From positions 1-35,620 of IMG/VR virus record IMGVR_UViG_3300009095_000038: DNA of 35,620 nucleotides. The stretch is one strand, 5' to 3'. This DNA is from a virus. Its lineage: Duplodnaviria > Caudoviricetes. This document shows, in pieces, positions 16,132-23,460 of this stretch (its first letter is position 1; each line of letters opens with the position of its first letter). The notes under the pieces were generated by a model. That model searched no databases, was not told the DNA's origin, and was given only the letters and a program-made list of their open reading frames with translations. The position numbers and the translations under genes are program-made.

Positions 16132-16443
16132 TTAGATAGCGTATGCGATAGCGGGGGAGTCTGTCAAGTCGCGTAGAGTGCGCTTCAAGCTACGTAGTGC
16201 TGACCTTCCAGTGACAGACCAAACCACATCTAAACCGTCAATTACAGCGGTTAGGACGTATTCCTTAGCTAGGAATTTACCTTCAGTGTCACGCGCTGGC
16301 ATGACCGAAACATTCTCATTAGGGTGAAAACTTAGGCGTTGCCCATCAGTAAGCACAACCTCCACCAGTAGTGACCATTTTCGGACACTGGCAACATTTT
16401 TGCCGTTGATTGAAACTGAAGTGTTTATGTGTTTTGCTTTCAT
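16132..16443 (-). CDS. Hypothetical protein, first gene of the leftward early-type operon
   Basis: 103 aa, RBS AAAGGAG. Confidence 0.75.
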   Translation of the reverse strand: MKAKHINTSVSINGKNVASVRKWSLLVEVVLTDGQRLSFHPNENVSVMPARDTEGKFLAKEYVLTAVIDGLDVVWSVTGRSALRSLKRTLRDLTDSPAIAYAI

Positions 16444-16515
16444 TGTTTTTCTCCTTTATCTAATGGCTCATGCGGGAATATCTTTCACCTATTCCCTGAT
16501 CAAACATTAGGTAAT

Positions 16516-16535
16516 CTATTCAATTCTCAAATATC
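16516..16535 (-). promoter_or_regulatory. rRNA-leader-like boxA antitermination element GATATTTGAGAATTGAATAG
   Basis: Resembles the mycobacterial rrn leader TGTTGTTTGAGAACTCAATAG; lies in the ~120-nt untranslated leader of the early operon. Confidence 0.6.
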
Positions 16536-16568
16536 TATTTGGCCGGTTCCCCTTGCCTTGTGATTACT

Positions 16569-16597
16569 ACTATGCCACCTATTCAGCTATCGCGCAA
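16569..16597 (-). promoter_or_regulatory. Promoter TTGCGC-17-CATAGT with extended TG for the early operon
   Basis: Correct spacing, upstream of boxA and ATG 16443. Confidence 0.6.
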
Positions 16598-16614
16598 CTC
16601 TAAAGCAACATTTT

Positions 16615-16636
16615 CTATGTGATCTAAAACACATAG
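16615..16636. promoter_or_regulatory. CRP/GlxR-type binding site ctATGTGATCTAAAACACATag
   Basis: TGTGA-N6-ACACA (9/10 of TGTGA-N6-TCACA) at 16618-16633, centred about 60-65 bp upstream of the inferred leftward TSS. Confidence 0.7.
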
Positions 16637-16722
16637 GGGACTCATTGACAGGAACCAGGAGGGTATGCTATTACACGCGCACGCGCGTTTAGGTAATATG
16701 CCTAGGCAACGCCCCGGACAGG

Positions 16723-16741
16723 TTAGGTAAGGCTAACCTAA
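16723..16741. promoter_or_regulatory. IdeR/DtxR iron box TTAGGTAAGGCTAACCTAA
   Basis: 19/19 match to TWAGGTWAGSCTWACCTWA. Confidence 0.85.
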
Positions 16742-16776
16742 GTCAATTAGGTTATGTAGCAGTGACTGTATTACAG

Positions 16777-16795
16777 TTAGGTAAGGCTAAGGCCA
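16777..16795. promoter_or_regulatory. Second, partial IdeR/DtxR box TTAGGTAAGGCTAAGGCCA
   Basis: First 14 nt identical to the 16723 box; 15/19 to consensus. Confidence 0.6.
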
Positions 16796-16847
16796 GGGTC
16801 GAATTAATCCATTCGATCGACGAAACGCCGATCTGACTAGGGGCTTC

Positions 16848-16936
16848 AAAGAAGCTCCTTAAGAACTAAACCCGCTAAAGAACCCGCTGCGGGGAGAAGG
16901 GTCAGACAAAGAAAACCCGCTGAGCACAAAGAAGCT
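16848..16936 (+). repeat. Short direct repeats AAAGAAGCT x2 and AACCCGCT x3 upstream of a promoter
   Basis: AAAGAAGCT at 16848 and 16928; AACCCGCT at 16869, 16881 and 16914. Confidence 0.6.
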
Positions 16937-16937
16937 G

Positions 16938-16966
16938 TTGACAAAACTTTCTTCGGTGGGTAGAGT
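16938..16966 (+). promoter_or_regulatory. SigA-type promoter TTGACA-17-TAGAGT, leaderless
   Basis: ATG 16974 lies 7 nt after the -10. Confidence 0.85.
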
Positions 16967-16973
16967 AGTAAAT

Positions 16974-17414
16974 ATGAAACCGGATAAAGCAACTCTCAAC
17001 ATAAATGGCCGAAGCTACCCTGTGCTCGTAGAGAGCAAGTGGTTGTTAGGCGGTACACAAGATGTCAGGTTAGACCGAAGTAGGATGCTAATGGAGTGGG
17101 GGCACACTTCTCCCACCCTATACACTTACTACTTCTCACAAGACCTTGCAGAGGCACTAGGAAAGGCGCGTATTACCATTTCGGAAAACCTAGAAAAGGT
17201 TTATACAGTCAACTCTGACTGGCTCACCTATGAAGCTGAGAGTAGCGCAGAAGCCATGCAGGAAGACTGCCTAGCACACCTAAGGTTGGCTGGATATGCC
17301 ACCCGTAAGCTGGAAGAGTTCTCTGAAGAGGGCTACTTCATTGTGCGGGTAGAAGACTCAATGGACATGAACGAGGGTACCATCACCATTCACTACAAGA
17401 AAGAGGAAGTATAG
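16974..17414 (+). CDS. Hypothetical protein
   Basis: The ORF-track TTG at 16938 is the -35 box; ATG 16974 is more plausible. Confidence 0.7.
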   Translation: MKPDKATLNINGRSYPVLVESKWLLGGTQDVRLDRSRMLMEWGHTSPTLYTYYFSQDLAEALGKARITISENLEKVYTVNSDWLTYEAESSAEAMQEDCLAHLRLAGYATRKLEEFSEEGYFIVRVEDSMDMNEGTITIHYKKEEV

Positions 17415-17653
17415 TGTACAAGCAAGTTAGAGCACGCATTGAAGAAGAGCTAGGCCACCAAGCTGCAATGGAGGTGGAGGCTGAGGTATCAGAGTCCCCA
17501 CACAAGGAAACTGCAACGCACATCACTGTGCGGATGCGTCTTGGTGAGACGGTATTGGCCTTCCCCACTGACAGGCACCAGCTGGAAAGCCTACACCAGA
17601 GCTTAGGCGAGCTACTAGAAGAAATTCCATACCCACCTATCGCACCTTTCTAA
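17414..17653 (+). CDS. Hypothetical protein
   Basis: 79 aa, TAGTG coupling, RBS GAGG. Confidence 0.7.
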   Translation: MYKQVRARIEEELGHQAAMEVEAEVSESPHKETATHITVRMRLGETVLAFPTDRHQLESLHQSLGELLEEIPYPPIAPF

Positions 17654-17754
17654 GACCTCCACACCCATAGTTGAGCGGCACCCCACTTAGGCACACCCCT
17701 AAACGAGGTGCCACCCAGCTTTGACCTACACCCCAAATCGACCCATACCAAGGG

Positions 17755-17784
17755 TTGACACCCTACCTAGACCTGTGCAAGAAT
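17755..17784 (+). promoter_or_regulatory. Promoter TTGACA-18-AAGAAT
   Basis: GGGTTGACAC context identical to the 1792 promoter; weaker -10. Confidence 0.6.
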
Positions 17785-17816
17785 AGAACTACACCAACCA
17801 AACAAGGAGAAATACC

Positions 17817-18194
17817 GTGGGACACATGAATCCAATCAAAGCTAATGAGATCAAAGTAGGAGACATTCTCTTTGTCACCACTCGCGGAGGCTTTGCCTTC
17901 ACCAATCAGAAGGTCAAGGACATTGACCTGAACGACTCCGACTGCATTACCACCGAATCCACTGACGAGAAAGTAACCGAAGGCTTCGGAGCAAAGAGCA
18001 GTTACTACACCTTCTACCTCATCGAGCGACCTAAGAAGCCACTCCCCACTGCGATTGGCTCAGTAGTTGAGGCTGACGGCCAGACTTGGGTGCTGTGTGA
18101 CCCGGATGATGAGGGTTTCGAGTGGCGCTCAACCCCACTTGGACATTGGGCAAGCTCTGAGGGTCTTCAGGAATACGATTTCACAGTAGTGTAA
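17817..18194 (+). CDS. Hypothetical protein, paralog of 1856..2245
   Basis: Shared motifs along the full length; RBS AAGGAG. Confidence 0.8.
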   Translation: MGHMNPIKANEIKVGDILFVTTRGGFAFTNQKVKDIDLNDSDCITTESTDEKVTEGFGAKSSYYTFYLIERPKKPLPTAIGSVVEADGQTWVLCDPDDEGFEWRSTPLGHWASSEGLQEYDFTVV

Positions 18195-18229
18195 ACTAAT
18201 AAATAAGTTTAAAAATAAAGGAGGAAACT

Positions 18230-18943
18230 TTGTCAGAAATGCCTTTAGATAGGTTACTGGCAGTTGTTCCCCACTGGAGTAACCGCATTACTGTAACCCC
18301 TGAGAAGGGTTGCTGGGAGTGGACAGGGTCTATTAACTCTAGTGGGTATGCCTCTGCTAGGGTACGCAAGTTGTTGCCCAATGAAGGTATGGCACACCGA
18401 ATAAGCTATGCCATACTCCGAGGCAATTTAGTGCACGGTATGGTGCTAGACCACTTGTGCCGTGTTCGTAATTGCTTGAATCCCGAGCACTTGGAGATGG
18501 TTACCCCGCAAGAGAATTTAAGGCGAGGACGAACTAGCGAAAAGGAAGCCCTTTGGACTAAGCTAATGCCGGGAGTGGAGAAGCCCCATAATTGGGAATA
18601 CTACTGTGTTAGGCTACATGTACTGACCGGGCATAAATATATAATGCCCGAAGAGTTCTTCAACGGTTATGTCAGTCAGGTGTGCGAGAGTTGCCTCATC
18701 GAAAAAAGACAGTTAGCCTATAGTAAGTCACCTACCTACACAGGTAGAACCCGTAGGCACTCCAAGAGGGCTGAGCCTGACCGCGTTAGTGGCTACAAGG
18801 GCATCTGCTGGGATAAAGCAATGGGGCGATGGAAAATATCTCTATGGCATGAGAGAAGGGGTTGGCACGGAGGGTACTACCAAAACCTAGAAGATGCTGT
18901 AGAGGAATTACCGAAGTTCAAACTCAAGATAGGAAAGAATTAA
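18230..18943 (+). CDS. HNH homing endonuclease with C-terminal AP2-like domain
   Basis: CWEWTG...GY...AHRISY...DHLCRVRNCLNPEHL; SGYKGICWDK...W; TTG with AGGAGG RBS. Confidence 0.9.
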   Translation: MSEMPLDRLLAVVPHWSNRITVTPEKGCWEWTGSINSSGYASARVRKLLPNEGMAHRISYAILRGNLVHGMVLDHLCRVRNCLNPEHLEMVTPQENLRRGRTSEKEALWTKLMPGVEKPHNWEYYCVRLHVLTGHKYIMPEEFFNGYVSQVCESCLIEKRQLAYSKSPTYTGRTRRHSKRAEPDRVSGYKGICWDKAMGRWKISLWHERRGWHGGYYQNLEDAVEELPKFKLKIGKN

Positions 18944-18947
18944 TAAC

Positions 18948-19640
18948 ATGAGCGAACGAGATTTATTGAGCCTGTACGTCCGTAAGCAGGGGTTCGCGGA
19001 ATACCGCCGAGCCAAGGTAGAGCGCTCCATGAGCAACGCGCCTGCTGAGCACCTGAAAGAACTCAAGGCCAAGCGAGCACGTATCACTGCTGAGCTGGAC
19101 GCAGAGATTGCCAAGGCTCAGCTACGGCTTGCACAGCAGGGTATCCCCGTAGGAGCCACTGAGCGCCGTCGCATTGCTGAGGCTGAGTTGCGGGTGGAGA
19201 AGGCACAGCTTGACCACGAGTTCGCAATGGAAGTCAAGCGTCAGCACAATGCAGGTGTGCCTGTGGCTGAGATTGCCAAGCGTTGCGGAGCCACTAGCAC
19301 CAGCGTGTTCTATCAGGCAGTGAACTACAGTTCCCCAGAGGTGCTTCAGGCTGGCTTGACTAGCGCTGGGTTCAACGCAAATGACCACGAGTGGGAATAC
19401 AGTGACATTTCGAGTGTGCACCGCTACGCACTGAATGAGACCCGCGCGTTTGTCAAGATGCATGACCCATCCGACCCAGAGGAAGTAGCCTACGTACTAC
19501 GTGCAGACGGCTCTGTACTGGGCGGTACGCTGTCGGTGGCAGAGAACTACGACGCTGAACGCGTAGACCTCCTAGAGCGCATCCTGAACGGTGAGGAAGA
19601 CACCTCCACCATGCGTGAGTGGGACAACCCTTACAAGTAA
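18948..19640 (+). CDS. Coiled-coil protein with internal HTH (putative DNA-binding)
   Basis: Heptad-rich N-terminal half; AGVPVAEIAKRCG.TS HTH-like segment. Confidence 0.65.
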   Translation: MSERDLLSLYVRKQGFAEYRRAKVERSMSNAPAEHLKELKAKRARITAELDAEIAKAQLRLAQQGIPVGATERRRIAEAELRVEKAQLDHEFAMEVKRQHNAGVPVAEIAKRCGATSTSVFYQAVNYSSPEVLQAGLTSAGFNANDHEWEYSDISSVHRYALNETRAFVKMHDPSDPEEVAYVLRADGSVLGGTLSVAENYDAERVDLLERILNGEEDTSTMREWDNPYK

Positions 19641-19645
19641 ATAGC

Positions 19646-19687
19646 TTGACACTGTAGCCCTGACTCATGTAGAGTTAGGGCTACAGT
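19646..19687 (+). promoter_or_regulatory. Promoter TTGACA-18-TAGAGT embedded in a 16-bp inverted repeat
   Basis: ACTGTAGCCCTGACTC (19651-19666) / GAGTTAGGGCTACAGT (19672-19687). Confidence 0.75.
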
Positions 19688-19703
19688 TATATTAGGAGGA
19701 AAC

Positions 19704-20297
19704 ATGGAAAAGTCTTGTCTTGTAGAGGGTTGTGATGGAAAGTTAGGAGGCTTGGGCTACTGTAGTAAGCACTACCAGAGGTATAAGAAGTATGGGGACG
19801 CTCAGTACACTCAGAGAAAAGACTTTAGGTACATGAGCCTAGAAGATAGGTTGGCTCACTTCATTGTACTGACCCCTACATGCTGGCTCTGGACAGGGAA
19901 GCTCAATAACAAGGGCTACGCAACCGTGCGAGACTCTAAGGGAAAGACTCGTAAGGCTCACAGACTGGTTTACAGACTATTCAAGGGTGAGATTCCAGAG
20001 GGAATGCAAGTAGACCATAAATACCGGGTTTACGGGTGCCCTAGGAACTGTGTCAATCCCGAACACCTGCGACCAGTAACCAACAAACAGAACCAAGAAA
20101 ACCGCCCAGCGGAGGCTAAGGGTACAGAGTCTGGAGTTAGGGGTATCACTTGGAGCACCCAGAACCGTAAGTGGATTGTACGAATGGGGCATGATGGTGT
20201 TAGGCTCTACCTAGGATCATTTACAGACTTGGGTGAAGCAGTGGATGCTCTGGAGGCTGGCAGGGCTAAATACTATACACACTACAAACAGGAGTAA
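19704..20297 (+). CDS. HNH homing endonuclease (N-terminal Cys/His motif, HNH, AP2-like domain)
   Basis: CLVEGC...GYCSKHY; CWLWTG; AHRLVY; DHKYRVYGCPRNCVNPEHL; SGVRGITW...YLGSF. Confidence 0.92.
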   Translation: MEKSCLVEGCDGKLGGLGYCSKHYQRYKKYGDAQYTQRKDFRYMSLEDRLAHFIVLTPTCWLWTGKLNNKGYATVRDSKGKTRKAHRLVYRLFKGEIPEGMQVDHKYRVYGCPRNCVNPEHLRPVTNKQNQENRPAEAKGTESGVRGITWSTQNRKWIVRMGHDGVRLYLGSFTDLGEAVDALEAGRAKYYTHYKQE

Positions 20298-20304
20298 AAC
20301 AACT

Positions 20305-21684
20305 ATGATGATCGCACACGATTACCAAGAGGAAGCTATTCAGCAGATTCTTGAGGACAAGAAGACCCTAGTCAAGGCTAGTTTGGGTAGTGGTAAGACC
20401 CTTATCGCCGTAGAGGTTATGCGTAGGGCAAAGACAGGGGTCAACCTAGTAGTAGCACCTATCTCCACCTTTACCGGCTGGGCTAAGACGTTCCGCAAAC
20501 AAGGGCTAGGTGATGCACATGTGCTGGACAACAAGAAGGCAGGGAAGACTGCGTTCCTAGACTTAGCTCAGGGCAAGCCGGGTAACTACCTCATCTCTTA
20601 CCAGAAGATGCTACGCCTGCACTGGAAAGAGTTTGACATTGATTGCCTAGTGGTCGATGAAATCCACTCCGCACAGAACCGTAAGAGTTCTACCTACCAG
20701 ATGCTACGCACCATTGACGCTGAGTATGCTATCGGGCTGTCCGGCACACCATTCGCCAACAAGCCAGAGGGTGCCTATGCCGTAGGGCGTGTGCTATGGC
20801 ACAGCCAGTGGGGTAACAGCTTCTGGAAGTGGTGCACAGAATACCTCAAGCCAGAGTTCAACGCCTACACCAAGTACGCTTACGGTGCTGAGACTGAGCC
20901 GGGACGTATTCTGCGAGACATGCCCTCCGTTGTGCAGATCAATAGGGAGTTCACAGGAGAGGTAGTAGTGCACCCTGTAGAGGTTACTCTCACGCCTAAA
21001 CAGCGTAAGATTTACAAGGAACTGCAAGAGGACTCGATTGCGTTCCTTGAGGAGAATCCTTTGATTGCCGATCTGCCTAGCACAAAGTACCTGCGCCTCA
21101 TGGAGACTACGCTGGCTGAGCCAACCGTACATTACACCATTGATGAAGAAACGTTCGAGCAGAAGGCTGTTGTGAGCTTCGCAGAGAATGCTAAGAGCGC
21201 CAAGCTGGATGCAGTGGAGGAACTACTCAAAGACTTGTGGGCAGAGAAGCCCGTACCTGTGATCCTCTACACTGGCTCACGCAAGTTTGCGGAGTTTGCC
21301 ACTAAACGCTTGAACAAGAAGGGCTACCCCGCTCAGAGCTATGTCGGAGGTTTGACTCCTGAAGAGCGCCAAGAGCGAGAAGAAGGCTTTGGCACCAACT
21401 TCCATGTGCTAGTTGCAACTATCCAGTCAATCGGCACAGGTACTGACTGGTTGGCAGGCAAGTGTGCGGTGGAGATGTGGCTCTCGCTGAGCGACAACTC
21501 AATTCAGAACCAGCAGTGCCGTGGCCGTCTTGCTCGGCAGGGGCAAGAGCGCACAGTGAACCGCTTCATCATACGTGCGTTGGATACTATCGAATCCTCC
21601 AAGCAACACCCTCGTTTGGAAGGCATTGAGAAGATGATGCAAGAAACCTATTCAGGGGTTGACACTGAGCCAGCAAGCGTATAG
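20305..21684 (+). CDS. SF2 (SNF2/DEAD-like) DNA helicase
   Basis: GSGKT, DEIH, LSGTP, Q..GRLARQGQ; ATG 20305 with AGGAG RBS. Confidence 0.92.
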   Translation: MMIAHDYQEEAIQQILEDKKTLVKASLGSGKTLIAVEVMRRAKTGVNLVVAPISTFTGWAKTFRKQGLGDAHVLDNKKAGKTAFLDLAQGKPGNYLISYQKMLRLHWKEFDIDCLVVDEIHSAQNRKSSTYQMLRTIDAEYAIGLSGTPFANKPEGAYAVGRVLWHSQWGNSFWKWCTEYLKPEFNAYTKYAYGAETEPGRILRDMPSVVQINREFTGEVVVHPVEVTLTPKQRKIYKELQEDSIAFLEENPLIADLPSTKYLRLMETTLAEPTVHYTIDEETFEQKAVVSFAENAKSAKLDAVEELLKDLWAEKPVPVILYTGSRKFAEFATKRLNKKGYPAQSYVGGLTPEERQEREEGFGTNFHVLVATIQSIGTGTDWLAGKCAVEMWLSLSDNSIQNQQCRGRLARQGQERTVNRFIIRALDTIESSKQHPRLEGIEKMMQETYSGVDTEPASV

Positions 21685-21687
21685 GCT
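21659..21687 (+). promoter_or_regulatory. SigA-type promoter TTGACA-17-TAGGCT
   Basis: Overlaps the helicase 3' end. Confidence 0.8.
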
Positions 21688-21715
21688 AGAGTTACAACCA
21701 ACCAAGGAGAAGAAA

Positions 21716-21784
21716 ATGAGCGAAATCTGCACGTACACCGATTGTCCGGATGCTTACACCCACGATAGGAGCGACCATGAGTGA
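21716..21784 (+). CDS. 22-aa Cys/His micropeptide MSEICTYTDCPDAYTHDRSDHE
   Basis: Strong AAGGAG RBS right after a promoter; overlaps the next start; Cx4Cx5Hx4H. Confidence 0.55.
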   Translation: MSEICTYTDCPDAYTHDRSDHE

Positions 21785-21941
21785 ATACTCAATGACCCAG
21801 AAAGAGTTCACCGAGTACGTACAGGAACCTCTCAGCAAGCTACCAGAAGACCTAGAACACGTACTGGAGCCTTGGCAGATCAAGATTCTTGACGCAAGAC
21901 TCAAAGAGGTTATCGAACGGGCTACGTTTGATTGCTTCTGA
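21777..21941 (+). CDS. Small hypothetical protein
   Basis: ATG 21777 with AGGAG RBS; followed by a terminator. Confidence 0.65.
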   Translation: MSEYSMTQKEFTEYVQEPLSKLPEDLEHVLEPWQIKILDARLKEVIERATFDCF

Positions 21942-21943
21942 CT

Positions 21944-21979
21944 GAAAAGCTACCTAAGAAATTAGGTAGCTTTTCTTTT
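21944..21979 (+). terminator. Intrinsic terminator
   Basis: GAAAAGCTACCTAA-GAAA-TTAGGTAGCTTTTC-TTTT. Confidence 0.85.
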
Positions 21980-21988
21980 GCCTAGGAG

Positions 21989-22017
21989 TTGACATTCCCT
22001 CAAAACCTATGTAAGCT
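21989..22017 (+). promoter_or_regulatory. SigA-type promoter TTGACA-17-TAAGCT
   Basis: Consensus elements; the ORF-track TTG at 21989 is the -35 box. Confidence 0.85.
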
Positions 22018-22045
22018 AGAGATATACCAACAAGGAGGAAACACC

Positions 22046-22402
22046 GTGAGCAAGCTAGACGAAACTGCAACACGAGCACTTGAAGCCAAGATCGCACTGG
22101 ATGAGGCAAAGGAAGCCTACGAGGAAGCCCTTAGAATCTTCACCGACGAAGCTAAGCATGTAGGCAAGCTAGATTCCAGCCTAAAAGCTGCGGGGCACGC
22201 TCGGGTAAAGATAGTACCCAACCGTCGATTCAACGCACAGAAGGCTGAGACGTTCCTCACCAAGAAGGCTTTGAAGGAATGTGAAGTCACCTCCATTGAC
22301 GCTAAGAAACTCAAGGAGCGCTTGACTCCCTTGCAGGTAGAACAGGCAATGGAAAATTACAGCAACCCGTGGAAGATCAGCCTATCAGTCTTGGAGGACT
22401 AA
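22046..22402 (+). CDS. Hypothetical protein, first gene of the recombination cluster
   Basis: GTG with AAGGAGG RBS; N-terminal coiled coil. Confidence 0.8.
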   Translation: MSKLDETATRALEAKIALDEAKEAYEEALRIFTDEAKHVGKLDSSLKAAGHARVKIVPNRRFNAQKAETFLTKKALKECEVTSIDAKKLKERLTPLQVEQAMENYSNPWKISLSVLED

Positions 22403-22404
22403 TC

Positions 22405-22581
22405 ATGGATGACGAACTAATTGATCGCACTAACGCTCTTCTAGCGATCCAAGAACTGCACAAGCCGATCTTCGAAGACGGCGACCCTGTTGGATGCTGG
22501 CGGTGCGATTGGGAGATGGACGGACAATTCCCCTGCGCTACCCGCAAGCTGGCCGACGAAGCACTCGGAGAAGACAAGTGA
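22405..22581 (+). CDS. Small zinc-binding-type protein (LH.P...CxxC...PC.T)
   Basis: ELHKP...CWRC...FPCAT; RBS GGAGG. Confidence 0.75.
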   Translation: MDDELIDRTNALLAIQELHKPIFEDGDPVGCWRCDWEMDGQFPCATRKLADEALGEDK

Positions 22582-23240
22582 ACGCTAGGCTATGCACTAT
22601 CGAAGGTTGTGCGGGCAAGCATGAGTCTAAAGGTCTTTGTGTTAAGCATTATCTACGCCTAAGGCGACACGGTGACCCTCTAAAAATCTCCGATAAGTTC
22701 TTTCGTAGGAACCCCGCGTCTACAGAAGACATTCTTTTACAGAAAGTAGACAAAACTTCTAGCGATATGGGTTGCTGGCTCTGGACAGGACGGTTGTGCA
22801 AACAGGGCTATGGTGAGATGTGGAACCCAGACAGTAAAAGTGGTGTAAAGGCGCACAGGTTGTCTTTCGAGTTGTATGTGTCTCCAATACCCGAGGGTAA
22901 GGTTATCGACCATAAATTTAGTTCTCTGGGATGCCCTACAAGGTGTGTCAACCCAGAGCATCTTCAAGCAGTATCTCAAAGGGAGAATTCAGAAAACTTA
23001 AAACTAAGCCGGATTAATAAATCAGGCCATAGAGGAGTTAACTGGTACAAGAGGGATTCTTGTTGGGTGGCAAAGGTGACTAGCAGAGGAGTTCGCCTAC
23101 ATCTCGGCTATTTCCCTTCCTATGAGTTGCATGTAGCTGGATACAAGGCTATGATGAAACGCAACGAACTATTTACTAACAACCTCGCAGATAGGTTACA
23201 CTCTCCTGCGAATGTTGGGGAGAAAGCAAATGCCAGCTGA
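22578..23240 (+). CDS. HNH homing endonuclease (N-terminal Cys/His motif, HNH, AP2-like domain)
   Basis: GTGA-coupled start; CTIEGC...GLCVKHY; CWLWTG; DHKFSSLGCPTRCVNPEHL; SGHRGVNW...HLGYF. Confidence 0.92.
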   Translation: MNARLCTIEGCAGKHESKGLCVKHYLRLRRHGDPLKISDKFFRRNPASTEDILLQKVDKTSSDMGCWLWTGRLCKQGYGEMWNPDSKSGVKAHRLSFELYVSPIPEGKVIDHKFSSLGCPTRCVNPEHLQAVSQRENSENLKLSRINKSGHRGVNWYKRDSCWVAKVTSRGVRLHLGYFPSYELHVAGYKAMMKRNELFTNNLADRLHSPANVGEKANAS

Positions 23241-23460
23241 TTACAGAAACAAGTTGACAGACCTAGGAATTTCAGATAAAGTAGTTGAAGAGATTCAGGA
23301 GCTGAATGAGGAATACTTTCAGCACAGCCTAGGATATGCCAGCTTCCGAACTGACTACCCAGAGTATGTTGACTCAGAACCATACGAGATATACGGAGCA
23401 GAGTTTACTGAGTCTCAGGAACACTACCTACGAACAGAAGGATTTATCAAGTGCATCTGA
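23230..23460 (+). CDS. Small acidic hypothetical protein
   Basis: ATG 23230 with GGGGAG RBS. Confidence 0.65.
   Translation: MPADYRNKLTDLGISDKVVEEIQELNEEYFQHSLGYASFRTDYPEYVDSEPYEIYGAEFTESQEHYLRTEGFIKCI

Noticed and set aside
16645-16688. Rightward promoter TTGACA-18-TATTAC followed by ACGCGCACGCGCGT
   Set aside because: The -10 lacks the conserved final T and no ORF follows; mentioned only as a possibility in the IdeR finding
11969-16801. CGACCGGGCC (11969) and GGCCAGGGTCG (16791) as inverted ends of the early island
   Set aside because: Only about 9 matching nt with a gap, and no recombinase or transposase in the window; too weak to call
17655-17750. C-rich CACCC repeats between 17653 and the 17755 promoter
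   Set aside because: Low-complexity strand skew with no regular period or convincing stem
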